A DNA stretch of 64,000 nucleotides from Tubiluchus corallicola (Eukaryota > Animalia > Priapulida), in NCBI GenBank assembly GCA_030141605.1, contig JAQGDQ010000851.1, positions 23,359-87,358 of the forward strand, given 5' to 3'. The notes below the pieces were generated by a model. It was not told where the DNA came from. It saw only the letters and a list, made by a program, of their open reading frames with translations, and did no database searches. Both the position numbers and the translations under genes were made by a program. Numbering within the stretch: position 1 is the stretch's first letter; each line of letters begins with the position of its first letter. Positions 26,669 through 40,438 of this stretch are shown here, one piece after another.

Positions 26669-27219
26669 GTGGTCCAATATGAGTGCCTTTAGTCAACAAA
26701 CTGCGCATCCTTTCTCTCATGTTAATTGTTTACTGTTTGCTTGGCCTGCTTGGGTGTTCATGTGGAGTTTAGTAACTAATACAGCTACAACAGCACAATC
26801 TGTTGTGCGAGTTGCCAAAATGCTTATTACAAATGCGAAATAATCCAATTTGCGAATTTCGTTGACAGAGATGACGCACCGCCAGTAGAGTGCTCACTTC
26901 TTAGCAACACGAGTCGCCTTGCACGGCGACCATCGAGGACCGTATGCGCAGTACTTATTTGTCTGCGCGACTGTAAAAAAATCTCTGTATGAACGACAAC
27001 AACATTAACTGTTAACCGACATACTAGCTAACAATCTTTTGATCCTTTCTGATAAAAAACTGCTGACTAGTCATTTTTTGCATAGATGTACAAGCATAGT
27101 GCACAGTCAAGTGAACAGAACGGTCCATAAAGTTCGTTACTGTGCCTGGGTCAGTGTGTACGTAGTTAATGCAGTTCTCTCCGCTTTCCGTTGGCTATGA
27201 TTGCTTCAGTTAAACTTAA

Positions 27220-27639
27220 AGCACAAGAAGACGCTCTTCGTTAATAAAGCTTGAAAAGTTTGTCTTGAAATTTTGCACCGCTTACATGCTGTCTCATTGC
27301 ATGCAGGGCTTGCGTTTGCTGTAAATCTGTGTAAAACTTGTCAATTTAAACGGCAAAGGTTGAAGCAATAGTCACAGCATTCGCAGCGCACTCTTCGCTA
27401 CATAAGCGAAACTGTAAATCTTAATAGGGTCAATAATGTGTTTTTGGTGAATCACTGGTGCACACTGGGATGGTGACACCGTGCCGTTTTTCCAGGTGGC
27501 GCGAATGTGTTAAATTATTAAGGATTTTCTTTTGTAATTGCACAAGTCTTTCAAGCAGGTAAGCGTAATGCAAAGTAATATAACTTTGTATGGGCAGTAT
27601 GGGATATACTTGCACTTTCAAATCCCCTTTTCTTTGCCT
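27220..27639 (-). mobile_element. MITE family A-related subfamily (related fragments at 28520-28740 and 54320-54520)
   Basis: ttaa|AGCACAAGAAG ... CCCCTTTTCTTTGCCT|ttaa. Confidence 0.78.
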
Positions 27640-27856
27640 TTAAGGACTTGTAGTGTGTTAATGGTTATGTTAATTTTACGGTGACGTGTTGTATTCTCTG
27701 TGAAAGGCAGTTTTTCTTAGTCTTTGACTTACGAGAGCTGAAAACCTAAGAGAGCTCGTTTACGGAGCCGTTTAAAAATTAGAAGTCAACTTAAGCCAAT
27801 GGATCAATGATGTTTTCTGTTTCCCTACACAACGTAAGATGTTTTTCTTATTAATT

Positions 27857-28385
27857 TATGATGATGCCGATGACGATGACGATGACGATGGCGATGGATG
27901 GATGGATGAATGTGGGGATGAATGGATGGATGGATGGATGGATGTGGGGATGGATGGATGGATGGACGGACGGACGGACGGATGGATTGACGGATGGATA
28001 TATGGAGGGATGGATGGATGGATGGATGGATGGATGGATGGATGGATGGATGGATGGATGGACTGACGGACAGATGGACGGATGGATATGTAGATGGATG
28101 GATGGATGGATGGATGGATGGATGGATGGATGGATGGATGGATGGATGGATGGATGGATGGATGGATGGATGGATGGATGGATGGATGGATGGATGGATG
28201 GATGGATGGATGGATGGATGGACAGATTGATGGATGTGGGGATGGATGGATGGATGGACGGACGGACGGATGGATGGACGGATGGATATATGAATGGATG
28301 GATATATGGATGGATGGATGGATGGATGGACGGATTGATGGATAGACAGACAGACAGATAAACAGATGGACAGACAGACTGACAG
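27857..28385. repeat. (GATG)n / (GACA)n microsatellite
   Basis: Direct reading. Confidence 0.97.
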
Positions 28386-29780
28386 CTAGTTAGTTATTTT
28401 GTAAATATATATAGGTAGGTGTGACGTAATTTAACATTTCATACGTCAGAGCATTCGTACCACACTCATTATTAACTAACGAAAAGTATAAATGACTTTA
28501 TATCATCAATAAGATCAATAACGTGTTTTTGGTGAATCAGTGGTGCACACTGGGATAGCGATCCCGTGCCATTTTACTAAGTGGCGCGAATATCTTAAAT
28601 TATCAAGAATTTTATTTTTCAGTTACGCAAGCCTGTGAAGCGAGCAAGCGTAATTCTGAGTAATATAACTTTGTACGGCGAACTTTTAGGACATCCATAG
28701 AATTAGAGTAGATACTTTAGAATCACCCTTTCTTACCCTTGAAGTTACTTTGGTTTTGGCTGGCTTTACCCTGACGTGCCTTTATCCCACGACCTTAACT
28801 GAACCGATGCTATCAATAATTTAACACAACAATCAAAGAGCTTCGCGTAAGATGAACAGCATAAATAGAAGCCACGTACAATGCGCATCTGCGGAAGCCA
28901 GTTTTTGGTATCATTCGTCTTTGTAAATATTACATGGGCCAATACAAAAGATTGCTTTTGTATTTAAATGATTTAATGCGGCGCTTTGTGCGGCTTGAAA
29001 CGCAAGCGCTTCGGTTCATAATGTCATCCGCCTTTTTATTAAAGAAAGCAGAGTTTGTGTGATTGTTGCTGTTTTAAATATTACATGGTCTCCGTGTAAT
29101 ATGTTTATGACCGCTTTGCTTGGCATGCTATCAGTATTTAAATGATTAAAGTGTACTTTTCTGAGAGAGTTTCTATGTTAAAGAGCTCAGACGTTGTGAC
29201 TTAACAAACCAGCACCGGGTCACTGAATTTCTTATAGTGTAGTACAGGCTGCAGCCTATGGGCCCCTCAAGCGCAGGGGGGGGGGGGGTGGCTGCCTACT
29301 AAAACAATTTCAAGTATAAATTTTTAGTAAATATATAGTAAGATATATTTCTTAAATAATGTTTTTATGGACAAACAGAGGGTAGCTATTCGAGGTTATT
29401 TTAAAGAATTTGCAATAAGTTTAATTTAAGCTATGTAATGTCTAACATATATCACGCTATGATATATCACGAGTAAAAATATTCGAGACGAATACGGGAG
29501 GGTTACCGGGTGGCTCCACTGGGGGCAGGCCTCATAATTTCATTTGCTTTAGGCCCAAAAAGGTCAGTATCCGGGCCTGGGGGTCAGCATGTGGTGTAGA
29601 TTTGGAAAACTTTTGGATTCGTGTTACCAAAATTTCAATAGAATTCATAACAGCGTAGCAGCTGATAGTGTGGTAAACTGTACGTTACCGAAAACGCGTA
29701 ATTTGCATAGGCATAAATAATCTTAAATAATCTTAAATAATCTTAATCGCTTGCCTGTATTTTGAAGTCAAGTTTTAAGT

Positions 29781-30157
29781 TTAAGCGAAGACAATATGAT
29801 TTTTCATATACTACCCATTTTTAAGTCCGATAAAAAGAATACATTTTAACACAAGCAATACTGCAAAAGGGTTTCTGATAATTAAATTATAGATTAAAAA
29901 CTTAATTAACGCCGGGAAAGCCCAACTGTTGATGACGTCACAAACTAACATAATTTTCAACAGCAAAAACGTTCCACGAGCGTGTTGCACGTGTTTGCTA
30001 AAGCGAAAATTGAAGTACATTGCTACTGTAAGATATTCAGTGTGTTGTACTAAAACTAGGCAAGTTTTAAGATAAAAATTCAAATTTCAAATTTACCGCT
30101 GTGCTCACACATGAGCTGTCGAATGTGTGTAGTTCGTCACAAACGAATACATCTGAA
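29781..30157 (+). mobile_element. MITE family B 5' part
   Basis: Colinear with 16019-16395. Confidence 0.82.
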
Positions 30158-30164
30158 CAGAACT

Positions 30165-30560
30165 GAGCAACGAGCATGAAAAAATTGTTTTTTGAACAAA
30201 GTAGAGGATGAATTTCATGTAATTACCGAATGTCAACTGTACGCTCATACTAGAGAGAAATGTTTTTGTATTCTTTCTGATTTCTGTCCTTATTTTCATT
30301 ATATGTTTCCTAATGAGCAGTTCGTGTTTTTCAATGCATCAAAAGATGTAGATGTTATTAAAATTAATGCCAGATTGGTCCACAAAATGTTTAAAGACAG
30401 ACCTGACTGAGATAACTCAGTGCAAGCTTGATTGACTGACTAACTGTAATACATACGTAACATTAAGTTTATGACATATATGTATGTTGCTCTGTTGTAT
30501 GTGTTTTTTGTACTTGAACCATTATATCACTTATATGTGGTTTCTTTCTTTAGATGTGTA
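30165..30560 (+). mobile_element. LINE 3' end with C-terminal zinc-knuckle motif
   Basis: NKVEDEFHVITECQLYAHTR matches the non-LTR ORF2 C-terminal EDEFHxxxxCxxY..R motif; stop at 30410 followed by T-rich UTR. Confidence 0.75.
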
Positions 30561-30571
30561 ATGTTTTTTAA

Positions 30572-31233
30572 AGCACAAGAAAGCCCTCAACTTACATAAA
30601 GTTTAAAATATCACTTACATACTGCCTTTTTGCATATTAGACTTGCGTCGGCAGTAACGCTGTATAAAACATGTAAATTTAAACTCCCGCAATGACCATT
30701 AGACGCCGCCATTTTGATGATAAGTCATTTGAAACAAGTTTAGATAACACTGAGTAAAGTTTGAAAAAATACTTAGAGCATTCGTTGCATACATGTTGCT
30801 AGCTATGTAAAATTTTAAATTACTGTATCTTGTCAATAAGATTAAAAATGCGTTTTTGTTAGTGAGTGGTGCACCCTGGTGGGTGAGTCAGCGACATTTT
30901 ACTTATTGGTGAAAGCATTTTTAAAAAATTAAAATTTTCTTTTCTAGTTTCATAAGTCAATCAAGCAGGTAAGCGAAATGCTAAGTAACATAACTTGGAA
31001 AGTTTTTCGGGTCGTAATTTAACATTGCCTTTTCTTACCCTGGTTTACATTGTGCGTGTATGACGTCATGTAATGGCACCGCGTCGGTACAGTATTGCGG
31101 GAGATTTAAAATGGAAACGAACAAAAAATTCCTTTCAACGCGAGTACGATATGTGCATAAAGTTGCTATAAAGTAATAGAATTTTTTAAGGCGATTTTTC
31201 TGAAACCACTTCAGGTACCCCTTTTCTTGTCCT
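30572..31233 (-). mobile_element. MITE family A, full length
   Basis: ttaa|AGCACAAGAAAGCCCTC ... CCCCTTTTCTTGTCCT|ttaa. Confidence 0.9.
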
Positions 31234-31719
31234 TTAAATCTATTTTTTGTCTCTTGTAATTTACTTTGCTCAGTGGTTCAATAAGTGTACATATCTTATC
31301 ATTTCATACGACTACAAAACGTTATGCATCGTTTATTCATGGCTTGTTGAAAATGATCTTAAATTCTAGGCTGTTCAAGACAACGCAGCAATATGAAAGG
31401 AAATCGTTTATGTATATGATATGACGTTGTTCAACGTTAAAATTTGTTATTTCAGTCTGGATTAAATAATTTGTTCCATACGTACGCGCGTATCGATTTC
31501 AAAATCCAGAACCATGCAAATGATGAGGAATCAGATGAAAAAATCATCGCGAAAACGATTGCCATCCTGATTCGCTTCCCGGAGAATTGGAAAAATTAGG
31601 AAAAATCGAATATCATAATTTTCGTACGGCGACGGCAGCCGTTGCAAACTGCGGCAAACATTTGTCTTTTGCGAGTAATCTTCCAGAAGAAAAAACTGCC
31701 ACTTGTTGTTGATTCTTAA

Positions 31720-32055
31720 AGGGGAATGAAAGGGAATTTTAAATTGGAATTTTAAAGTATGTCCCGAAAAAATTTTCCACACAAAGTTATATCATTTAGC
31801 ATTACGCTTAGGTCCTTGAAAGAGTTACGTAACCAGAGAAGAAATTTGTTAGCCAATTTATGCAGGCAGTCAGAAATTTTATGGAGAAACAACTTTAAAA
31901 GGGTGTTTTGAACTATGTCCCGAAAAAATTTTCCACACAAAGTTATAGTACTTATCATTACGCTTAGCTGCTTGAAAGACTTACGTAACCAAAGAAGAAA
32001 ATTGTTAGTCAGTTTATGCAGGCAGTCAGAAATTTTATGTAAAGAAACAACTTTA
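31720..32055 (+). mobile_element. Diverged family A-related fragment with ~155-bp tandem duplication
   Basis: TATGTCCCGAAAAAATTTTCCACACAAAGTTAT at ~31758 and ~31914. Confidence 0.65.
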
Positions 32056-32126
32056 TTAAAGCTTTAAAACGTAAAATAGTAAAAGCAAACCAGTCATTTC
32101 GACTGAAGTCTAGCAGTCTTGTCCTC

Positions 32127-32198
32127 GGTTGTGTGGCCGAGTGGCTTAGATATCGGACTGTAATCACGCAGCCTTGAGTTCGATACTAACGGCTGCCA
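32127..32198 (+). pseudogene. tRNA-derived SINE head / tRNA pseudogene
   Basis: A box TGGCCGAGTGG, loop CTGTAAT, B box GAGTTCGATAC, ends GCCA; stems are imperfect. Confidence 0.6.
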
Positions 32199-32504
32199 AC
32201 GCCAGGACATATATCCTACGTGTTATTCATTGCATGTGTGTTGTGTATTACCTGTATTGTGGTAAGTGTAAGTCACACTATGTTGTCTGTTAAAATGAGC
32301 TACTGTAAACAAACCTTGTCTTTCTCTTTTTTCTTTAGTCTTTTTCAATGATTGAAATTACCAACTAACCAACCAATTTTGTAGGCAAAACCTACAGTAC
32401 AGAAATTCCCTAATGATGTAACGTGAAAACCAAAGATGTAGTAAAACAGACTTTTAGGAAAAAGAAATACTGTAAAACTATAGCTAGTTATTTGAAAACA
32501 AAGT

Positions 32505-32856
32505 TAATTAAATTGAACTAGGCGGGCGAGCCCAACTATTGATGACATCACAAACTAGCATAATTTTCAACAGCTAACATAATTTTCACAAAATTATCTA
32601 TCTAATTTTTTCTAAAAACTTATATTTTTGATGGAAATTGGTAGTGCGCTGCTTTTCTTCAGCCGATGAATGACGTCATTGGTGGAAGAATGGGCGTTCA
32701 AAATGGCAGCGCCCGAGAGTGAAATGATCCAGACTTTAAAATGATTTAATTCTAATTACAAGAGGCGCTTATTGCGCTTTTATTACTAAATTCGAACATC
32801 GAATTTTCCCGGACATTGAGATAAGCCTACTTCCCAGAACGTTTCATCTTTTCTTT
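32505..32856. mobile_element. MITE fragments (family B piece, then family C 5' part on the minus strand)
   Basis: GCGAGCCCAACTATTGATGACATCACAAAC; then reverse complement of 17190-17530 ending TTTCT|ttaa. Confidence 0.7.
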
Positions 32857-33129
32857 AACGGATTTCCTAAGCATATTGTGAATCAAGTGTTTATGATTGA
32901 CCTCTATAAAACCTCTGCTGCTGGCCCGACATTGAACTACAAACCTTTCAAACATCATTTCTGGTGAATCCCCAGGCTGTCGTGTCGACTGACTAATTCA
33001 TTACAGCCACTCGTTCAGCTCAATGTGGAAGTCCTAAAAACTGGTACATAAGTTATGTAATTCGACCCAGTAGACCATTTGTCTGGCGAGCTTCCTCTGA
33101 ATTGTTGAACTGGGGCGTTTGAGGAGGAC

Positions 33130-35570
33130 GAGAATGGGTGAACGCGTTTGGATGTGTGCATTGAAGAAGAATGGGTGTACACGTTTGCATTGAAGAAGAA
33201 TGCGTGAACACGTTTGGATGTGTGCATTGAAGAAGGATGGGTGTACACGATTGGATGTGTGCATTAAAGAAGAATGGGTGTACACGTTTGGATGTGTGCA
33301 TTGAAGAAGAATGCGTGTACGCGTTTGGATGTGTGCATTGAAGAATGGGTGTACACATTTGGATGTGTGCATTGAAGAACAATGCGTGTACACGTTTGAA
33401 TGTGTGCATTGAAGAAGAATGGGTGTACACGTTCGGATGTGTGCATTGAAGAATGATGCGTGTACACGTTTGGATGTGTGCATTGAAGAAGGATGGGTGT
33501 ACACGTTCGGATGTGTGCATTGAAGAATGATGCGTGTACACGTTCGGTTGTGTGCATTGAAGAAGAATGGGTGTACACGTTTGGATGTGTGCATTGAAGA
33601 AGAATGGGTGTACACGTTTGGATGTGTGCATTGAAGAAGAATGGGCGTACACGTTTGGATGTGTGCATTGAAGAAGAATGGCTGTACACGTTCGGATGTG
33701 TGCATTGAAGAATGATGCGTGTACACGTTTGGATGTGTGCATTGAAGAAGGATGGGTGTACACGTTCGGATGTGTGCATTGAAGAATGATGCGTGTACAC
33801 GTTTGGATGTGTGCATTGAAGAAGGATGGGTGTACACGTTCGGATGTGTGCATTGAAGAATGATGCGTGTACACGTTCGGATGTGTGCATTGAAGAAGAA
33901 TGGCTGTACACGTTCGGATGTGTGCATTGAAGAATGATGCGTGTACACGTTTGGATGTGTGCATTGAAGAATGATGCGTGTAGACGTTCGGATGTGTGCA
34001 TTGAAGAAGAATGCGTGTACGCATTTAATGTGTGCATTGAAGAAGAATGCGTGTACACGTTTGGATGTGTGCATTGAAGAAGAATGGGTGTACACGTTCG
34101 GATGTGTGCATTGAAGAAGAATGGGTGTACACGTTCGGATGTGTGCATTGAAGAATGCGTGTACACGTTTGGATGTGTGCATTGAAGAAGGATGGGTGTA
34201 CACGTTTGGATGTGTGCATTGAAGAATGCGTGTACACGTTTGGATGTGTGCATTGAAGAAGGGTGCGTGTACACGTTTGGATGTGTGCATTGAAGAAGAA
34301 TGGGTGTACACGTTTGGATGTGTGCATTGAAGAATGCGTGTACACGTTTGGATGTGTGCATTGAAGAATGCGTGTACACGTTTGGATGTGTGCATTGAAG
34401 AAGAATGCGTGTACACGTTTGGATGTGTGCATTGAAGAAGAATGGGTGTACACGTTCGGATGTGTGCATTGAAGAAGAATGGGTGTACACGTTCGGATGT
34501 GTGCATTGAAGAATGCGTGTACACGTTTGGATGTGTGCATTGAAGAAGGATGGGTGTACACGTTTGGATGTGTGCATTGAAGAAGAATGCGTGTACGCGT
34601 TTGGATGTGTGCATTGAAGAATGCGTGTACACGTTTGGATGTGTGCATTGAAGAATGCGTGTACACGTTTGGATGTGTGCATTGAAGAAGGGTGCGTGTA
34701 CACGTTTGGATGTGTGCATTGAAGAAGAATGGGTGTACACGTTTGGATGTGTGCATTGAAGAAGAATGGGCGTACGCGTTTGGATGTGTGCATTGAAGAA
34801 TGATGCGTGTACACGTTTGGATGTGTGCATTGAAGAATGCGTGTACACGTTTGGATGTGTGCATTGAAGAAGGATGGGTGTACACGTTTGGATGTGTGCA
34901 TTGAAGAAGAATGCGTGTACGCGTTTGGATGTGTGCATTGAAGAATGCGTGTACACGTTTGGATGTGTGCATTGAAGAATGCGTGTACACGTTTGGATGT
35001 GTGCATTGAAGAAGGATGCGTGTACACGTTTGGATGTGTGCATTGAAGAAGGATGCGTGTACACGTTTGGATGTGTGCATTGAAGAAGAATGCGTGTACG
35101 CGTTTGGATGTGTGCATTGAAGAAGAATGCGTGTACACGTTTGGATGTGTGCATTGAAGAAGGATGCGTGTACACGTTTGGATGTGTGCATTTAAGAAGA
35201 ATGGGCGTACGCGTTTGGATGTGTGCATTGAAGAATGATGCGTGTACACGTTTGGATGTGTGCATTGAAGAATGCGTGTACACGTTTGGATGTGTGCATT
35301 GAAGAAGGATGGGTGTACACGTTTGGATGTGTGCATTGAAGAATGCGTGTACACGTTTGGATGTGTGCATTGAAGAATGCGTGTACACGTTTGGATGTGT
35401 GCATTGAAGAAGGATGCGTGTACACGTTTGGATGTGTGCATTGAAGAAGAATGCTTGTACACGTTTGGATGTGTGCATTGAAGAAGAATGCGTGTACGCG
35501 TTTGGATGTGTGCATTGAAGAAGAATGCGTGTACGCGTTTGGATGTGTGCATTGAAGAAGAATGGGCGCA
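33130..35570. repeat. 37/34-bp satellite (~65-70 copies)
   Basis: Unit TGCGTGTACACGTTTGGATGTGTGCATTGAAGAA(GAA). Confidence 0.97.
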
Positions 35571-37397
35571 TCTTTTTCGTAAAATGCTGCAAAGGCTGAT
35601 TCTGATGAATCAAAACTCTGCATTTTGGGCAAATTTCTTTTGTGAACCAGCTTGTCGAGCATATTTTATGGGGTTGACAAGATTGTGGTTCACACTAGTT
35701 TGGAATGTTTGTTTTCCGTTGTTGTCGATGAACGGCTTAAGTCTTTGTGTGACAATCAGTGGCGACGCGTGTATAGGTACTGTGGAACTGTAGCACCCCC
35801 TATTTTCACTCAATATTATCGATAACATCCATTATAATAAATCTTTTTCTGTAGTTCTTTCTTTATACTTGTACAGAACCAGAGCACGTGAGGGTAGTAC
35901 TGTTTGCTTCACAGTCCAACACAGTGGTGTGTTTCTCTGTTGCGCACATGCGGGAATGCACCTGCGAAAACGCGCACATGTCTCAGATAACACGCTGCAG
36001 TGCTAGTGCTGCTGCTTGGAAGAGAAAGTACTGTCGCTCACACAGTTAGTTGTTGGTTGTCACGTGCTTAAGAACTGTGTACCAGCCTGTTTTTGAGCTA
36101 CAGAAATTTAGGCTATTCGTAAGCAAGAATTTTTTTGTTTACAATTTTTCAAGTTTACGTATAAATTTTCGTATGTTTGTTTGTTTAAAATTACAATTAC
36201 AACATTAAAATTACACATGTTTGGTTTCATTCTACACAGTATTAAAACAATGGCTAAAAATGTTCTGAAGCAGCAGCCCCAGCAATTTTATCTACGAGCC
36301 GCTACTGGGCACAATATCAGCAGACTCTTTTCCTGCCTCTCTCGCTCAATTTACAATACTGCAACGAAACAGACAGCATTTGTTTCTCAGTGTGGCAGGC
36401 CATTAATTTCAAGTAGCTACTATACAGACAGAGTTGACACCCTGGCAATTTGACCGTGACTCTGTCCTAGGTAAAGGTCAACGAGCTCTTGGACTACGAT
36501 GTGTTGGCTTCTCCTTAAGCCTTTACCCGTCAGAATCCGGTACTTTGCCAGGATTATATGAAGTTTTCAACTTGGAGTGTAATTAGTGATGTCATCTGAT
36601 TCTCACCTCTGTCTGCTAATTCCTTCCGCGAGTTGGCAAATTTGTGACAGGCAAAGCACTTGATGATATCAGCGGATATGTTGATCAGTTTCAATTCATC
36701 ATTGGCTGGACTATTGACGGGTGACTAATTCTAATTCAATTACAATCTTGTTCCTATAATTCGTATCACGATTAATCTTTTGCGGTAAGTTTGCACACAC
36801 GTGTACCACAGTAATTCATGAAACATATTTTGTTTTGTGGCTCAAACACCATTCATGTGAACTTAATTCTATTGTTGAAATATTAAGGTAAAACTTTATT
36901 CCTATATTCAACATTTTCTATTTCCTACAGTTATTCCTATATTTAATAAGATGGTGTCTTGCTGTACTGCTTACATGGCTTCTCTTGCGATTAAAATTTC
37001 CAAATCTTTTAATGGATCTTCTCTGCATTATAACATATCTTCGGTGTCTACCATATCAGCGGGACTTGACTGTAGTGATGGAGGATTTTGAAATTTTCTC
37101 ATTCGATTACAATCTTGTTCCTGTAATTCGATATCACGATTAATCTTTTGCGGTAATTTTTTAGTGTTTTTAGCCACATTTTTCAAACATTGCAGCCCTG
37201 AAATATATAGCCTATAAACTTCTTCGTGGCTTTCGTCGCTGTCTACCATTTTTGTACTTTCATGGACACTTACATTCATTAACTACTCTATTACTATGTC
37301 ACACGTCACACGTCACGTGAGAACGAATAAGAAGCACTAGTTTGTAACACTGTAAGGTGAGAAAAACGAAGAAAAATGCAAGAATTCCGTTTTTTGT

Positions 37398-37595
37398 CTC
37401 TTCTCTTCTCTTCTCTTCTCTTCTCTTCTCTTCTCTTCTCTTCTCTTCTCTTCTCTTCTCTTCTCTTCTCTTCTCTTCTCTTCTCTTCTCTTCTCTTCTC
37501 TTCTCTTCTCTTCTCTTCTCTTCTCTTCTCTTCTCTTCCCTTCCCTTCCCTTCCCTTCCCTTCCCTTCCCTTCCCTTCCCTTCTCTTCTCTTCTC
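37398..37595. repeat. (CTCTT)n/(CCCTT)n polypyrimidine microsatellite
   Basis: Direct reading. Confidence 0.97.
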
Positions 37596-38084
37596 TGTCT
37601 CTTCTTCTGTGTGCAACATGTAAATTTTGCTCTCCTTTAATCTCGATTAACTGAATTACTGTTCAATAACCGATTATATCGATTTCTACGTGGTTGTAAT
37701 CTCGATTAATTCGATTAATCTATTAATTACCCATCACTAAGCTTGACGTTCGTTCACTTGTTTTTTTACCGCTCCCTCACTCGCTTTGCATGCTCATTTG
37801 TTCTTTTTCAGTGTTAAACGTGAGATTACCGTGTGCGCTTAACAACTGCTCAACAACTAAAGTTAAGCAGTGCTCAGCCTAGTCTTTGTGACTGGTTTGT
37901 GGTTTCGTCTTCCAAACTCCCTCCTGCGTCATCTTAGAGAATTATTGTGAAAAATGGAGTCATTTTTGGGTTTTGCCACAAACATTTGCATCGAGCAAGT
38001 TTGGCTGAAAGTTGAACCCCCCAAGCTATGAACTTTTCAAGAACATAGCTCATATACAAGCTGGGCATAGATGTGCTCAGATAG

Positions 38085-38170
38085 ATCACTATAATATCAC
38101 TTTATAGTCACTCAATAATCACTTTATAATCACTCTGTAATCACTTTATAATCACTCTATAATCACTATG
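38085..38170. repeat. 11-bp minisatellite (~8 copies)
   Basis: Unit ATCACTTTATA. Confidence 0.85.
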
Positions 38171-38629
38171 ATAAATATCACCTCAAGGTTAAAGTAGAAC
38201 CAGACACAATCATAAACTGCAGGTCAAAACAATCTAGTCTTTAAAATATTGAAAGGAAACGTACTAATTACAATCTAATTTGTGTTTTTAAATGTAAATT
38301 CAGTTTATTGTACAACGCTATTGCTCACAGCAGTGCAAACCCTGGTTTTGCTATTAGTTTTTGAATGTGTAGTTCACCATTCAATGATGTGTAATTTTTA
38401 TGGCATTGAAGAATTTTATTATTGCTATTATTATTTAAAAGGACACATATAAGAGCAAGTAGATTAGTATTAAATTATATTAATGCAGTTAAATTACCCA
38501 TGATATTGTCAGTTGATATGAAAACGGGACTACAATATAAAGAAGTAATCAGCAATGCTTGGAATTCCACGTAGTATGCAGTACTGTTTTCTCGCTAACG
38601 CCCTCATGCATTAGTTATTATAGGAATAT

Positions 38630-39225
38630 AAAAACAAAACCGGACCCAATCTTAAGCTGTAGGTCAATACAATTTACTCTTTAAAATACTGAAAAGAAAC
38701 ATACTATTTTTTTCAAAAATGACTTGCGTGAAAGAATTATTACCACATAAACACAATTTCGCATCCGCGCCACCAGTTCTTCGCTGTTACATGCATTTCG
38801 ATATTCGCTAGTCAGACGGCCACTAGTACCTGTATTTCGAAAGCGTATTGCACAAGAAACAGGCGCTGTACCTCTCAGTTCAGATGTTTTAGTCTGTGAC
38901 GAACTACACACGTTCGACAGCTAATGCGTGAGCACTGCGGTAAATTTGAAATTTGAATTTTTATCTTAAAACTTGCCGAATTTTAGTACAACACCCTGAA
39001 TATCTTACAGTAGCACTGTACTTCAATTTTCACCCTCACAAACACGTGCAATGCGCTCGTGGAATATTTCTGTCGTTAAACATTGTCATTTGTGACGTCA
39101 TCGCTGACTATGCTCACCGGCCGTTAATTACACTATTAGTTAGTTATCACAAATGCTTTGGTTTTTTTAAAAGTGCTAAATTTTACGTGCATTTTTACCG
39201 TATTTAAAAATAGACCTGTTTTCCT
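38630..39225 (-). mobile_element. MITE family B, near full length (extra end fragment at 38190-38265)
   Basis: Reverse complement of 16019-16633; ends TTTTCCT|ttaa. Confidence 0.85.
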
Positions 39226-39357
39226 TTAAATGTTTCGTGTAGCTGCGTCTGGTTGGTTAGCTACAATGTTGCTTGTCCTGCTCTCTCTCGCGTTTGTTTG
39301 TCTGTCTGTGCGTCCGTTCATTTGTTCCTCAGTTTCTTACATTTCAATACTATATGT

Positions 39358-40395
39358 TTAAGGGAATCACAGTAAAATTTGTGCTAAAATCTCTAGCAAT
39401 ATCCGATGCAGATGTAGTCAAAAGTCATGTAATAGAGATTAGTCGTGATCTCACAATCGGTCATAGACATTTCGTTCGAGAATTACTGGCTTCTAGTGGT
39501 CAATATTTAAAATAATGTAAAAATTATAACTCAAGTTCTGTTGATTACGCTAATATACCACTAAATATCCTTGAGTACAAAAAACAGGATATTGAGCATT
39601 TTATAACACACCTATGGAAAAATAGATGCCGCACTCGCTACCAATGCCAGGAATTATATATTCTTCCTGAAAATGTATTTTTAATTCCACTAGACCTTCC
39701 TTTTCATACAGGTAGCAGAAGTCTAGAAAAACTATCTTGTAGCATTTTACTAGACCAAGGTAACTTTAAAGATTTTCTTTTTAAAATTGAATACATACAT
39801 GAAAATGCCTATATATGTTCAGAGGAAGCACAAACAGTTTAACATTTGCTTTTTAATTGTACTTTGGTCGACGAAAATAAAAGATTAGCGCTCGCAAATA
39901 GCCTACAATTTCAAAACATTAGTAAAATTTATACATCTCGTGACAAAAACCTGCTAGATGTCTTCACTGAGTTAGTTTGTGATTCGTTTTTGCAAACTTT
40001 AGTATAAAATATTGAACTTTGCGTAACAGAACAAATCTGTAGACATCTAATTTTTCTGTTTCTAGTCACTTTTAGATTATACAGGTCGTTTTGTGTAAAC
40101 TGGTGCTATTTGATTTTAGTTGTTCTTGTATATTATTTTGAGGTACGAAATCCGTGATTTATTGGTATATAAAAGTCTTATGAATCTAACAGCTATTTTT
40201 ATTTACAAAAGTTTTTTAACCATACCCTGCAAATAGAGGGTCACTGTATGTATATTATGTAAATATTTGTACATGTGTATAATTTTAAATTTTAAATAGA
40301 GAATAATAATAATGATGATAATGATAATGATAATGATAATGATAATGATAATGATAATGATAATGATAATGATAATGATAATGATAATGATAATG

Positions 40396-40436
<41 letters not shown>
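39358..40436 (+). mobile_element. 5'-truncated LINE (I/R1-group-like CCHC end) with tail and TSD
   Basis: Decayed ORF LLDQGNFKDFLFKI...YICSEEAQTV*HLLFNC; 3' hairpin CCCTGCAAATAGAGGG; (GATAAT)n(AAT)n tail; 12-bp TSD AATACTATATGT at 39346 and 40437. Confidence 0.82.

Positions 40437-40438
<2 letters not shown>

Noticed and set aside
29245-29580. Possible hAT MITE (CAGGC...GGGCCTG), similar in style to 11168-11570
   Set aside because: TIRs weak and no TSD found
29811-30083. Recurrent MNFYLKTC... ORFs (also 38953, 53225) as a gene family
   Set aside because: Incidental frames within non-autonomous MITE family B
32127-32198. Functional tRNA-Tyr(GTA)
   Set aside because: Acceptor, anticodon and T stems pair poorly; treated as a SINE head or pseudogene
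33034-35662. 859-aa and 762-aa ORFs
   Set aside because: Stop-free readings of a 37/34-bp satellite, open in several frames, with no domain
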